Source: Nemertoderma westbladi
Taxonomy: Eukaryota > Animalia > Xenacoelomorpha
Direction of reading: 5' to 3'
Length of the DNA stretch: 64,000 nucleotides
Assembly: GCA_032718475.1 (NCBI GenBank)
Contig: JAUCBJ010006895.1
Location: forward strand, 91,790 to 155,789
The notes below the pieces were generated by a model. That model ran no database searches, had not been told where the DNA came from, and saw only the letters and a list, made by a program, of their open reading frames with translations. The translations under genes were made by a program, and so were the position numbers. This document shows, piece by piece, positions 27,242 to 39,436 of this stretch. Numbering within the stretch: position 1 is the stretch's first letter; the number at the start of each line of letters is the position of its first letter.

Positions 27242-28445
27242 TGTAAAAGCTTTTGCATAATTAGCCGGTTATTTTCCCTTAAAGTACTCTGTAGTTGGTT
27301 TGCCAGGCATAAAGAGGCCGTGTCCTTGCTGTACTGGTGTTTTAGAGGACATAAAAGTCATTTCTTATGTATTTGTACTGTATTTGTACTTTAGAGGACA
27401 TAATCCACAATCTCGTGACGCAATAGCTGGATACTTTTGAAAACAGTGTCGCTACCATGACGACGGCTAGCAGCTGATATTGCCACGTCGACGTTTCTTT
27501 GTTTCTTTGTTCTCTCGTTGTTCAGGTTGACCAATCAGAGCGTTTGTTGTCTCTGTGTTGGAGGTGTATACAGAAACTCAGTAGTTCAGTGTTATGTTTT
27601 TGCCCAGAGCCTAAGAACCGGCTTTTGGCACCTCCGTGTTTTCAGTTTTTAGTCTTACACTAGTAGGCTTAATTATAAGGACATATATCCTTTAACTGCA
27701 ATTTCGTAATCACTGCTGACACACGGCTTTTAATAACTGCTGAAACTGCTAAAATTTACCTGCTCAATCGATACTGTATACTGCTATTTGTTGTCGGTTA
27801 TTCATTATATTTGTTGATGAATTATTATATTGGAATAACGAGAAATAACCCCGAAAACCCAATATTCTTGATATACCGAAGGTAAGAGAGAAAGGTTACC
27901 AATAACTATTGTGACTTATGTTAAAGTGGTTTGAAGTGAATCTAATGTTATTTGATAGACCCTACATGAGTCAGTCTGTGTTCCTTTTATATGTGACTAA
28001 AATCAGTGAAGATTGGCAGATTAGTGTGCAGTATTGTGCAGCATTGTGTATGAGTGAGTCTGTTAAAGAAGCAATTCCTAAAGAATGCGCCATATATGTG
28101 AATTATAATTGAGCCATATCGTTGTGAGTAGTTTAAGTCATAACTCTGTTTATATAGATAAAGCGCCACGTCCTAAAGGAACTGTTAATATTCCCGAAGG
28201 TGAATAATATTGTCAGAGATTATATAATACTGTCAGTCGAATAATACATTAGGCTTACATAGCAATAAAAATTAAGCCGTCGAACCCAATCTCCCGGGAA
28301 TATCCAGCGGGTGAATGATCGCGCACAGATTGGTTTCGACTAGTGTAGTGAATCAAATACTTGTCATAGGCTAAAAAGCGATTTATTATCTAGAAGACAT
28401 CTTAATTTGGCGGGTTAAACTGCCAAAGGTCTGAAAGCGCGAACA
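27242..28445 (+). repeat. 3' LTR of element 1 (TG...CA)
   Basis: Direct repeat of 13459-14662, followed by TSD GACGC. Confidence 0.97.
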
Positions 28446-29070
28446 GACGCAGTAACTAATATATTATAATGAATTAATGATTTCTAGAAAAATACTCAGT
28501 CGACTAACATTTTATCGACGAATTAAAAGTAAAGTAGTACTTTTATTTAATTAAATTAGTGTATGATAATGGAGGAGGCCATAAGGTACCAAATGATAAT
28601 AAATATTGTATGTTTGATTCTCATGGTCGGACAAATGAAGTACCGGTAAGGCATCTCTCACGAAACACGGGCCTTCAAAACGGCCAAAATTACGGAAATT
28701 GTTTTCAATAAATAGTCACCGTCTGTGTCCGTTCAGTTTTACTGAACACTGTCGCCATATTTTATTTGCTCATTTTCTCTAAAATGCCTTCTATAGGACA
28801 TATGAAAAGTCTTACTTACACGTTAAACAATTATTCACATACAGTACATAGGCCGCACGTATTATGCAAAGACGTGCTGCTTTATTGAATAAAGCAGAAC
28901 GCATTAATATAAATGGAAGTAATACATTCTGGAATACGGTAATTGAAGTTGTTACCATGTCATTGATTACTTTTGCAGCCTTACGAGTAATTCAGCAGAA
29001 CGCTGTTAAATTGACATAATGTAACAATAACTATTTACATCATTGTGTGCAAAGTAGCACTTTGCAGCGT

Positions 29071-31160
29071 TGTAATGTTTCAAAAGTTAGGTGTAATAAG
29101 TTGGCAAGGATTTAATAATAAGTATCTCACATAAGGCTCAGTCTCAATCAACACCACCAAACTGATTACAGATATATAACATTACTTAACCAATAAACAA
29201 AGGTCATACATGTTTACCACATGTTAAACAACAGACCACCACCAACTGGGTCACATTAAAAACCACAAAGGCTATACAAGTTTATATTGGGTGAGTATGG
29301 ACATTACACCTCTGCTTTTCTTGCCTCTATGGAGAAATATGAGTCGTTCTAGAACATGACATAGTCTCCATAGCGGATCGGCATGCGTCTTGTGCGTTGG
29401 GAGCGTCTTTGAGTAGGCAGTGATTGGTTGATGTTTTCAGGCCCCCTGTTTGTAGCTTCGACTTCCGATTGGTTCACAGTTTCTGGTGAGGTCATTGATA
29501 TGTTTAGATCTCCATCCAACCAGTCATTATTTCGTTCATGGTGAGGTTCCGCTCTTCTTTGTCGTATGTTCTCGTAGTTAATTGGTGTGTTTGTCTTAAT
29601 TTGCTTCCAGTTCTGTGCGTCTCGAGTTATCTCTTTTCCATCCTGATTACCTTTTATTTGGTGGCCATCAACGTCTGTGACGGTATACGGCTTTGGATCG
29701 AAAGTTGGTTTTGATTTTGTCTGTTTTTGTTTGAGCAGCACTTGGTCTCCTTTTGAAATTTCATGTGGCTTTACGTATTGTTTGGCGTCTTTGTATCCTT
29801 TCTGTTTTTCTTTGGCCAACATGTCATTGAATCGGGGTTCCTTGATGTCTTTACGCTCGAAAGATTCGGCAAGCATTGGGAGGCGGTTTTGGAATTTCCT
29901 TCCGAAGAGTAGTTCAGCAGGGGATTTGTTCGTCGATATTTGATGTGTTGCTCTGTACATTTGGGGGTGTTTGTTTAGTTCTGCTGTGGGATTTTTCTTT
30001 TCTATTATGGCAATGTGCCATGTTTTCTGGCAGTGTTTCATGAAGCTTTCAGCCAGTCCGTTGGCTTCTGGCTCTTCAGCACTCTGAGTTCCCTTGTGTT
30101 TTATTCCCACCCATTTAAGATATTGTTCTAACTCATGGGAATCTGATAAGTGTTTCACAGAAGCCGTGCCGAGAAAAGATCTCGTCAAATGCCTCAATGT
30201 TCTTATCAGAACTGGTACCATTTACTACCATTAATTCTGGGTACTTTGTACTACTAGGATCGGCATGCTGCATTGCAGCTGCATTTTTAAGAATGCTGTG
30301 CCGGCTTGTCAACAAAATTGCACCGCCACAACTCCCTATCACCCATGACATTTGCTAGATCATCGCATCTTTAAGGCCAGTGTCCTTTAAGATGCGTCTC
30401 AAGAAAGTCATGGGTACTTTGTAAGTTCATCAACAACGACCAGAAGAAATTTCCCATCTTCTGTTGGACCCCAGTGATCTGCGGATAAATGTTGCCATGG
30501 TTGCATGGGTGGTGTTGATGGAATGAGTGGGTCTCGATGGTGGGTCTTGGTTCCCGCCTGGCAAGCGAGGCAACTATTTACCCTAGATTCAACACATTTG
30601 TCCATGTTTGGAAACCAAACTCTTGATCGGATTTGGCGTTTCATGGTGACAATCCCCTTAATGTCCTTCATGAGCTGCATCAATGATCCATTGTCTAATG
30701 TTTCCCGAACCTTGGAATGAACTCTCCATCTGGGACGACAATTTTGTCTCCCCTAATAACTAGGTCTCCAACAATGCATAGTTCGTTCCAAACTCGTCAA
30801 TAGCCTTCGAGACTGCTTTCTGTTGGATGTTTGCCTAAGCGCAAGGTCTGGAATAGTTTCTGGTAAGTTTTGTCAAAGTGAGAAGCAGCTATGAGTTCTT
30901 TGGTTGTTATTGTGTCAGGTGAGTCGATGATATTGAGTTTCTTGATGTAGCTCTCTTTGCCAATGTCAATGCCCAGTCGTTCTTGCTGATCCTCGCTTAG
31001 ATGCTTGGTGGGAATTGGATGTCGGCTGCTGAAATCACAGGGCATTTCCTTTCCAGGAAGATGTTTCATTTTGAAGTTGAGGTCTAGTATCTGATCGCAG
31101 TGTTTGGAGATTCGCTTGGAGGTTGCTTTTTGGGAGTTGAATAGTGGTATCAGTGGTTCG
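29071..31160 (-). mobile_element. Ty3/Gypsy retrotransposon 3' fragment: RNase H end, integrase, PPT and ~238-bp 3' LTR
   Basis: HLPGKEMPCDFSSRHP, VWFPNMD...CLACQ, PWQHLSADHWGP, ANGLAE and SPAELLFGR. Purine tract before TGTAATGT at 29308 (minus strand). LTR 29071-29308 has 8-bp inverted ends. Confidence 0.85.
30251..30410 (-). mobile_element. Very short RTE 3'-end insertion inside the Gypsy integrase
   Basis: 13-bp TSD TGGGTACTTTGTA (30238-30250 and 30411-30423). Matches the RTE 3' end. Confidence 0.9.
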
Positions 31161-31265
31161 AATAAAGTTTATATTTTTTTACTATTAATTATTATTAAAT
31201 AATTGATCATTATTAATTTTAAAATTAATAATTATTAATAAATCAATTACTCAAACTAATTTCAG

Positions 31266-31392
31266 GTTGAGTCTTGTAATCGGATGTTTTCTAGATGGGA
31301 AAATCTTAAGATTCATTTACGGAACCACACTGGAGAAAGGCCCTGCCCATGCACAAACCCAATGTGTTACAAAGCGTTCAGTAACAGCTCAG
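31266..31392 (+). CDS. Exon encoding GLIS/GLI-type C2H2 zinc-finger segment ([42 protein letters not shown]), possibly a pseudo-exon
   Basis: TTCAG acceptor and G/GTACGT donor. Translation closely resembles GLIS1/3 [20 protein letters not shown]...KAFSNSSD. Confidence 0.75.
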
Positions 31393-31731
31393 GTACGTAA
31401 AATAGTAAATGAATAGGATAATTTTTTTGTTTATTTAAACTCCGTTCACTGTGTTATCTTCCACTATCTATTTTCCAAGTCGCCTTGGTTTGCATTTATC
31501 GACCAGTTAAGGATGAAAGCCAGGGTGGTGGTGCTATCACCAGCTGATAGGTTGGTTGCTAGGCTACCAACCAAACATACACACATAAACAGCATTGTTT
31601 CCAAAATTGTAACATTACTCAAAGTCATTAGTAATAACAGTGAGTTGTTATTCAGCACTTTACAACCTTTGATGACATTACAGCATTGTATTGGCCTGTA
31701 GTACATTTAGTATTGTATTGGTGTTGTAATG

Positions 31732-31908
31732 AGCAGGACCATGCCCTTGACTTTCTTGAGACGCATCTTAAAAGACACTGGCCTTGAAGATGCGGATGAT
31801 CTAGCAAATGTCATGGGTGATAATGAGTTGTGGTGGTACAATTTTGTCGATAAGCCGGCACAGCATTCTTAAAAATGCAGCTGCAATGCTGCATGCCGAT
31901 CCTAGTAG
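31732..31908 (+). mobile_element. Very short RTE 3'-end insertion
   Basis: 13-bp TSD TGGTGTTGTAATG (31719-31731 and 31909-31921). Empty site present in copy B near 35310. Confidence 0.9.
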
Positions 31909-32484
31909 TGGTGTTGTAATGTCCCTTGTTTATGTATAACCAATGTCGGCAAGCTGTAAAGTTACGGCGTCATTGGTTACCATGTAAACAATAGGTGGCA
32001 TTTATAATTAATTGCCTGACAGCCAGATAGGCCTACTTTTTTTCATTTCATAAAACACCCGGACGAGCCGGTATTATATTAGATAAAATATATATATACG
32101 GAATACATATACATATATAAGTGGGTACGCACGGTTTATCATTGGCAATAGGATAAAGATAACATAGGTAAATAAAGTGCACATATATTTAGGCAAAACG
32201 CATCAGACAAAGATAACATATGTAGGTAAATAAAATGCACATACAGCATGTTTGAGCAAAACGCATCAGGTCATTGTAAAAAAATAAGAAAACTTGGTGC
32301 AGATGTAATGAGAAGCATGTCATAAGGTTTTCTATCTCGAAGGGTGGACCACATAACCATATTAACATTAAGTGAGGAGGGGGAGGGGGGGGGGGGGGGG
32401 GGGGGATTGCAGAGTGCAGGTAGAAGTGATTGAATTTACGCTGCAAATATAGTTGGATATCAGATTAGGAAACGCCATAATATG

Positions 32485-33724
32485 AGAGTATTCTGGCTCT
32501 TTTCTCTTCAATGCTGTTTGTTTTGAGTGTGAGTGTAGTTCTAATGAAATTTGAGCTGATCAGTTCACGATATGTGAAATTGGCAAGTTGAAATACGTGA
32601 CACCAGCTCACTTTTGGAATATGAAATGTTGAGTGCAGAAAGCAGGTCAGGTAAGGCGTAGGATGAGCGCGCGATGCTGTAGCCACAAGAAATGCCGCGA
32701 TACGACGCCAGGGGGCGCACATTGCTGAACATTGCAATCCGACAACTTAGTTGTAGAAAGCGACTAGGACAGTTCAATATGCGCAGGATGGTACCGACAC
32801 ACAACCGAAGTGCAGCAATCGAGATTGGCACAAGATTGGCGACGTGGTAAAGAGTGCAATTCCCAACATATGGGCCAAGGTTTAGTAAACCTCTTAATGA
32901 TTTGCGGTAGAATACATCAAGAGCGTCACGATCAGTGGAGGTAAGAGAACCTATATTGAATTTTAGTCCATATGTGGTAGCTGGTACAGCGAGGAAGTCC
33001 CATAGTCGAAAGACCACCTTAGGAGGAAGCCAGCGCGTTGTCCAGCCTCTAGTGTGAAATGTTTGAGAGTAGTAAGCTATCAACCTGATAGGATCATTAA
33101 GGATTACTTTGGAGTTCGATGAACTTTTAAGGTTGTATCCTAAGAAGGTAAGGGCAGAACTTCTTGCAACAAAAGATCCACGTATGTTGATAAACAGGGT
33201 TTATGACATGGATTTTGGATGCTGTCGACTACAATCCATGAGGTTTTAGTGGGTTCAAAGCTAAGACATACCTCGTCTGCTTTGTCACTTACAATCATTG
33301 CCATACGTTCGAGATCAGTAGCCGAGGTGCTAAGAAGGAGGGAGTCATCGGCGTATACTATGGCGCCTAACCACCCAGGTCCGACACGACAACCTAAGTT
33401 GGAACTCTTTAGAGCCGCAGTTATATCAGCTGTGTATAAGTTAAAAATAGTTGGTGATAGTAGAGAACCTTGCTTTAAACCTTGGGCTACATGTATGCCG
33501 TTACAATCGATGCTACCATTGAATTTGAGAAAAACTATACCACAAGTGTAATATGAGTAGACCGTAGCTGCGATGTGAGGGTTGACTCCATGGTCCAGCA
33601 GCTTTCGAATGAGTGTGCAGTACTCAACATTGTCGAAGGCCGATTCTATATCTAGCTGAAGCAGGTACACTGCGTAGCTTTTTGATCTATAATGCTCAAT
33701 ACATTCCAGCAATGTGGCGATTAC
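32485..33724 (-). pseudogene. Non-LTR retrotransposon RT fragment, clade unresolved
   Basis: LDIESAFDNV, QGLKQGSLLSPTIFNLY and YADD motifs. Frameshifted. Confidence 0.9.
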
Positions 33725-34225
33725 CCCTGACGATGTAACCACCTCAGTTTCCAATGCGGGTACTTTTGGATCTATAATGCTCAATACATTCCAGCAATGT
33801 GGCGATTACCCCTGACGATGTAACCACCTCAGTTTCCAATGCGGGTACTTTTAACTGTATAATAGGTAATTCAGATCACCACGCAACATTTATCATTTTA
33901 CAAAAATTTAGCTGTATTTTCAATGAACCTAAACCACGCCACACTTTCGAATATTCAAAACTTGACGAATCTTCTTTCTTTCGTGACATTAATAAACCCT
34001 CCAACAACTAGTCCTACACCGATAAATCAATACCCATCACCTCAAAGTTTGACTGTTTTTACGATAATCTCACCAACATTTGCTCCTCTCATATTCCTTC
34101 AAAATCATATACACACAAAACTCGGCCCCTCAAAGCATGGATCACTGAAAGTCTACTCAAATCAATCAGAACTAAAGACAAATTATAAAGGAACTATTTA
34201 AAAAACCGAACTGAAACCAACTGAA
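33725..34225 (+). mobile_element. L2/CR1-group LINE ORF2 fragment (endonuclease C-terminus and linker)
   Basis: SDHHATF and KAWITESLLKSIRTKDKL motifs. An ~87-bp tandem duplication spans the junction at 33680-33850. Confidence 0.6.
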
Positions 34226-34524
34226 ATATTAATCGGTTACGTATCTATTTTCTTCTGAGTTATAATTACTCGAAATATAGAAAGTAAAATAAGTAAATAG
34301 GCCTAATTATGGCAAGAATAGGCGAGAATCAACGAATTTATGCGTAATGTTAATGTATCGCAAATTGTGAAAAATTCGCCAATATACCGTACAGAATATT
34401 AAATAAAATTGCATAAATGTTACTGTAGGAAGTCAAGTTAAACATCGTGTGAAATATGTTTCTGGCTAACTGATAAAATTATAATTAACTAAGAAGTCAA
34501 ACTTTCATTATACATTTTTTATAG

Positions 34525-34762
34525 TTGAAAACAAAGAGCAATCAACTTTCACCTATAATAAATACAACAATCTTACCTCAACCTACGCAACAGTCATACC
34601 CAAACCAGTACTATATGCAACCCTTAGCTGTCAGTGGTAACTCATTCCCATTGGACAGTATCCTCACTGTGGGATGTAACTCTGACCAATCTGAAAGCAA
34701 GAAATATCCGTTGGTGCATACAGACACCCAGGACAGCGGATTGGGCGCCTCATTGTCCACAG
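34525..34762 (+). CDS. Candidate host exon, S/T/P/Q-rich, unknown gene
   Basis: T-rich tract plus TAG acceptor, CAG/GTAAGA donor, open frame throughout. No recognisable domain. Confidence 0.4.
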
Positions 34763-35889
34763 GTAAGACATATTATATTATGTTTGTATATGTTTGTTTA
34801 TATTGAATATCGTAGCTTAAGAGTCATAAGGATAAGGCCCTAAGTCAAAGAGCCTACAAAAGATATCGAAAGATATATGATGGCCTTTCTGCAGTAAGAT
34901 ATTGCCCAATAGGAATGTCGGATTTCACTTTACCACGTAATAATCATCACTTCCCATTGGATAAAATATTCAAAACTTCACCAGCTAATACAGCATGTCT
35001 TAAAGCAACGATATATATATATGAATTAGATGGTGTTTCTTTTTATTCGAAGTTTTTTTAACATGTAAAACATACAATATTGGTATAAATATATAGAGAA
35101 ATATCCCCCCACCAAACAGTTAGACTATCACCAGCTGATAGGTTGGTTGCTAGGCTACCAACCAAACATACACACATAAATATAATTTTTTCCAAAATTG
35201 TAACATTACTCAACGTCATTAGTAATAACAGTGAGTTGTTATTTAGCACTTTACAACTTTTGATGACATTACAGCATTGTATTGGCCTGTAGTACATTTA
35301 GTATTGTATTGGTGTTGTAATGTCCCTTGTTTATGTATAACCAATGACGGCGATTTGTAAAGTTACGGCGTCATTGGTTACCATGTAAACAATAGGTGGA
35401 ATTTATAATTAATTGCCTGACAGCCAGATAAGCCTACTTTTTTCATTTCATAAAACACCCGGACGAGCCGGTATTATATTAGATAAAATATATATATACG
35501 GAATACATATACATATATAAGTGGGTACGCACGGTTTATCATTGGCAATAGGATAAAGATAACATAGGTAAATAAAGTGCACATATATTTGGGCAAAACG
35601 CATCAGACAAAGATAACATATGTAGGTAAATAAAATGCACATACAGCATGTTTGAGCAAAACGCATCAGGTCATTGTAAAAAAATAAGAAAACTTGGTGC
35701 AGATGTAATGAGAAGCATGTCATAAGGTTTTCTATCTCGAAGGGTGGACCACATAGCCATATTAACATTAAGTGAGGGGGGGGGGGGGGGGGGGATTGCA
35801 GAGTGCAGGTAGAAGTGATTATAATAGGAGTTTGCGTTGCAAATATAGTTGGATATCAGATTAGGAAACGCCATAATATGTATGAGAGT

Positions 35890-37157
35890 TGTAAAAGCTT
35901 TTGTGGGATAACTGATACGTTTGCCTTTGCTGGCCAGTTCCCCCCCAGGCGCTGGAATACTCTAAAAAAGGTTTTCTAACTGTATATATATTCCCCTCGC
36001 CCGCAAGGTACCTTTACAGGTGTTTTAACGGACATAAAAATCATTCTGCTATATACGTGTTTTAGCGGACATGGTAAGACAAAAAACTTGTAATGCACCA
36101 ACCACCTTTCACAGCTTAGCCGTGATGATTCATATTACGACATCTAGCAGCTGGTTGCTGACATGGAAACAGCCATTGGCCGCGTGGTTCTTTGTTTGGC
36201 TTGGGCCAATCAGGGCGGTTTTTCCTGTCGACGTGTAGCTTTTCTGCCGATCATAAGGAGAGTGTTCAGTCTTACTGTTTTTTACTTGATACTTTGTTGT
36301 TATTGCTGTCTAAGCCAGAAACACCGGCATTTTGGATAGATACTGCTGTACCGTAAACTGCTTGAATTATCGAAAGTATAAACTGTTACCTTAACTCACT
36401 AACGAATCTTAACTAATTGATCAATCTTAATTAACATACTCACTTAATTTAATTGCATTAATCATATTGTTTGTACTGTTATTTTACCGTCAGTTATTAA
36501 TTGTAAATATTTGTTGATGGAAATATTGCTATTTGGATAATACGGATAAATCACCCAATTCCCAATTTTCTTGATAACACTACAGGTTAGAGAGACCGGC
36601 TATACATAACAATTGCGATTTATATTAATGTGGTGTGTATTGAATCCAATGTTATTTAGCAGACCCTACGTGAGTCAATTACTGCTCTCTTTATGTGTGA
36701 TCAAATATACTGACTGTCGGCAGAATAGTGTGTATGATTGTGATTGGTAACAAAGTATTTCCTAAAGAATACGCTTTATACTTTAATCATAAGCAGTATC
36801 GTTGCGTTTTAGTATAAGTCTTAGTTCTGTTTAAATAGATAAAGCGCCACGTCCTAAAGGAACTGTTAATATTTCCCGAAAGCCAATAATATCTGTCAGA
36901 GATTAATTATTAACGATCTATCGAATAATACATTAGGTATACACTGCAACCTTACACTGTAATAATACAATTCAAGCATCCGAATTCAGTCTCCCGGGTG
37001 TAGATCCATCGGGTGAATGATCGCGCATGGGCTGATTTCGGCTAATGTTTGGCGTATTAGCATAAATTATTGTCGTATGCTAAAGTGGTTTTAATTAACT
37101 AAAAGACATATAAATTTTGGCAGGTTAAACTGCTAAAGGTCTTCAAAAGCGCGAACA
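35890..37157 (+). repeat. 5' LTR of element 2
   Basis: TG...CA, repeat of 46835-48102. Confidence 0.97.
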
Positions 37158-37170
37158 GTAACAGTTTATA
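37158..37170 (+). promoter_or_regulatory. Non-tRNA primer-binding site GTAACAGTTTATA, complementary to LTR 36377-36389
   Basis: Abuts the LTR end. Perfect 13-nt reverse complement of TATAAACTGTTAC. Confidence 0.75.
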
Positions 37171-39436
37171 ATCTTATTGCAGTAGGCAATAAGGTTGCAA
37201 GTGTAGGCATTAAATACAGTTTAATACTGTTCTGGCGAACAGTAACGGTTTACAATCTTATTGCAGTAGGCAATAGGGTTGCAAAAATACCGTAGTGACC
37301 GGTAAAACTGAACCGGTACTTTGTAGGTCAGTAGGCCTAACTGTCATCACCGGTACCGGTACTGCCGTACAAGTACATTTAGTATTATTCGATTTTGATT
37401 GTTGTATACCGGTAGGTCTTGGTACTTAATCAGGGAACGGCCGCCCTGATTTTTTATTTGAGATTCTACTTATTTCTGTCGGTTTTATTTACTAGTAGGC
37501 TAATATTGAGCAGAAGGCGTGTGACCCTGCTCAGATTGTTCAGATAATTGTAGGCTGAGCTGCTGTCTGACTGTTGTTGGGTTTGGAGAGATTACGGCGT
37601 GTGTAGAGTTTGTCTGATAAAGTGCCGTTAGTAAGTTGGGGCAGTCATAACTGTAAGGTCAATCCCCTCTTAAAGAGTAAGTCGTACTACCGTGTTAGCA
37701 CGCATACTAACTAACAGTTTCAGAGTCTGCATATACTGTAGTTTATCTAGGCTTGATCGTAGTCTGCCAGTGTTTTAGCCTGTGTTTGTTTGTGTGGTCT
37801 GTTCAGGTACCGTAATAGTTATTACTCAAATATTTGTAGGCTGGATTGTTGTCTAGCTATTTTTGGGTCTGAAGGGATTGCTGCGTGTGTAGAGTTGGTC
37901 TGATCAAGTGCCGTTAGTAAGTTGGGGCAGTCATAACTGTAAGGTCAATCCCCTCTTAAAGAGTAAGTCGTACTACCGTGTTAGCACGCATACTAACTAA
38001 CAGTTTCAGAATCTGCACATACAGTAGTTTGTTTAGGCTTGATAGTAGTCTGCCAGCGTTTGGTTTGTATTTGTTTGAGTATTCTGTACGGGTAGCGTAA
38101 TATTTATTATTCAGAGTTTATGCGATTATTCGCACCATTCATGTCCCCAAGTTTATTCCTACAGTAACTGTGCTTGTTATACATACCGTTATAGTTAAAC
38201 TAACCCCGGTACTACATCAGGGCTGCTTGGCGTAGGTAAAGACTGACGACTTTGTGCTTCGGTCACTCCAGCAGATGCCGTGGTTCTTTTAACTGTTCAA
38301 GTATATTTAACTACTGATTATTTGTTATACCGGTACTTGTACCTAATTTAGGGTTTAGAGTACAGTGCCTTCCGAAGTAATTAGTGTAGGCAGTATATTT
38401 GTGTTGTAAAGTGGTTGATAGGCACATTCGTTAGCTCTATTAGCTTCTGGGTAGGAACAATCCGTGATACATAACGTTGTACCTATAGCGATACGGTTAT
38501 AGGTCGTCAGGCGGTGGTATTTTCCTATCTGGACAGTACAATATATTTACTACTACTTATTATTTAAATACCGTAGTACCCTGTCCTTTGTAATAGCCAG
38601 AAATCTAACCCTTTGTTAGACTGGTTTGTAGACTTCCTGTAAAATTACCCTAAAAAATTTCGTCCGTAATATTTTTGTTGTGTTTAATTAGAGAATTAAT
38701 CTCACCCATATCGTAAGTAATTTGTAGTATTAAGTAACTTAGGTAAATTAGAATTATCAGTTTTAGTGTCTCAATAAGTAACACTTCACTGACAGCGCAC
38801 AGCTTCTGTGTAGTGATTCCCCCAGAAATAATAACATTTATTTCAAATATTGACAAAAAACCCATTTAAACGGGTATATATCTATTATAAATCAACTCAA
38901 ACGATTTATAAGTAGTAGGCCTGCCATACCACAACTAGGTCTCAAAATCAGTTGGACTACTGCTTAAATAACGGTAACAAAGTAAGTTAAAGTAACCAAG
39001 TAACCCTAAAATATTCAGAAATTCAATTATTCTAAAATAATTGACATACCGGTATTTACCATAGGCTTATTATATTTATTTCTATAAATTTGTGCTGAAA
39101 TCATACCGGTACTCTGTAATTAATTATAGTCCAGAATTATACTTATATATTATAAGTGTAAGCTGTATACCGGTATCCACGATAGGCCTATTATATATTT
39201 ATATATTTATATATATATTTGTGCTAAATTTATACACCGGTACTCTGTGGCAAATCTGGTCTGTAATAATACTTATATATACTATAAGCATACCGGTATT
39301 CTGATATAATATATATATATCCCGCTATATTAAGTAGCAGTATCGGTAATTAATTATTAGGCTAGCGGTGATACTGAATTACTAGACTTGCTTTAACTGT
39401 ATTTATAGCCGTAGGCATTTAACTGTGTAAACAAAC

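Larger units (their letters stand above)
13459..28445 (+). mobile_element. BEL/Pao LTR retrotransposon (element 1), 15.0 kb, protease-deleted
   Basis: Two 1204-bp LTRs, TSD GACGC (13454-13458 and 28446-28450), gag-RT-RNaseH-IN order with Pao-type motifs. Confidence 0.97.
31534..33724. repeat. Local duplication, copy A. Copy B is 35125-35889 plus 48108-49327
   Basis: Long near-identical alignment. Copy A has a single AGAGT at the site where element 2 sits in copy B. Confidence 0.9.
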
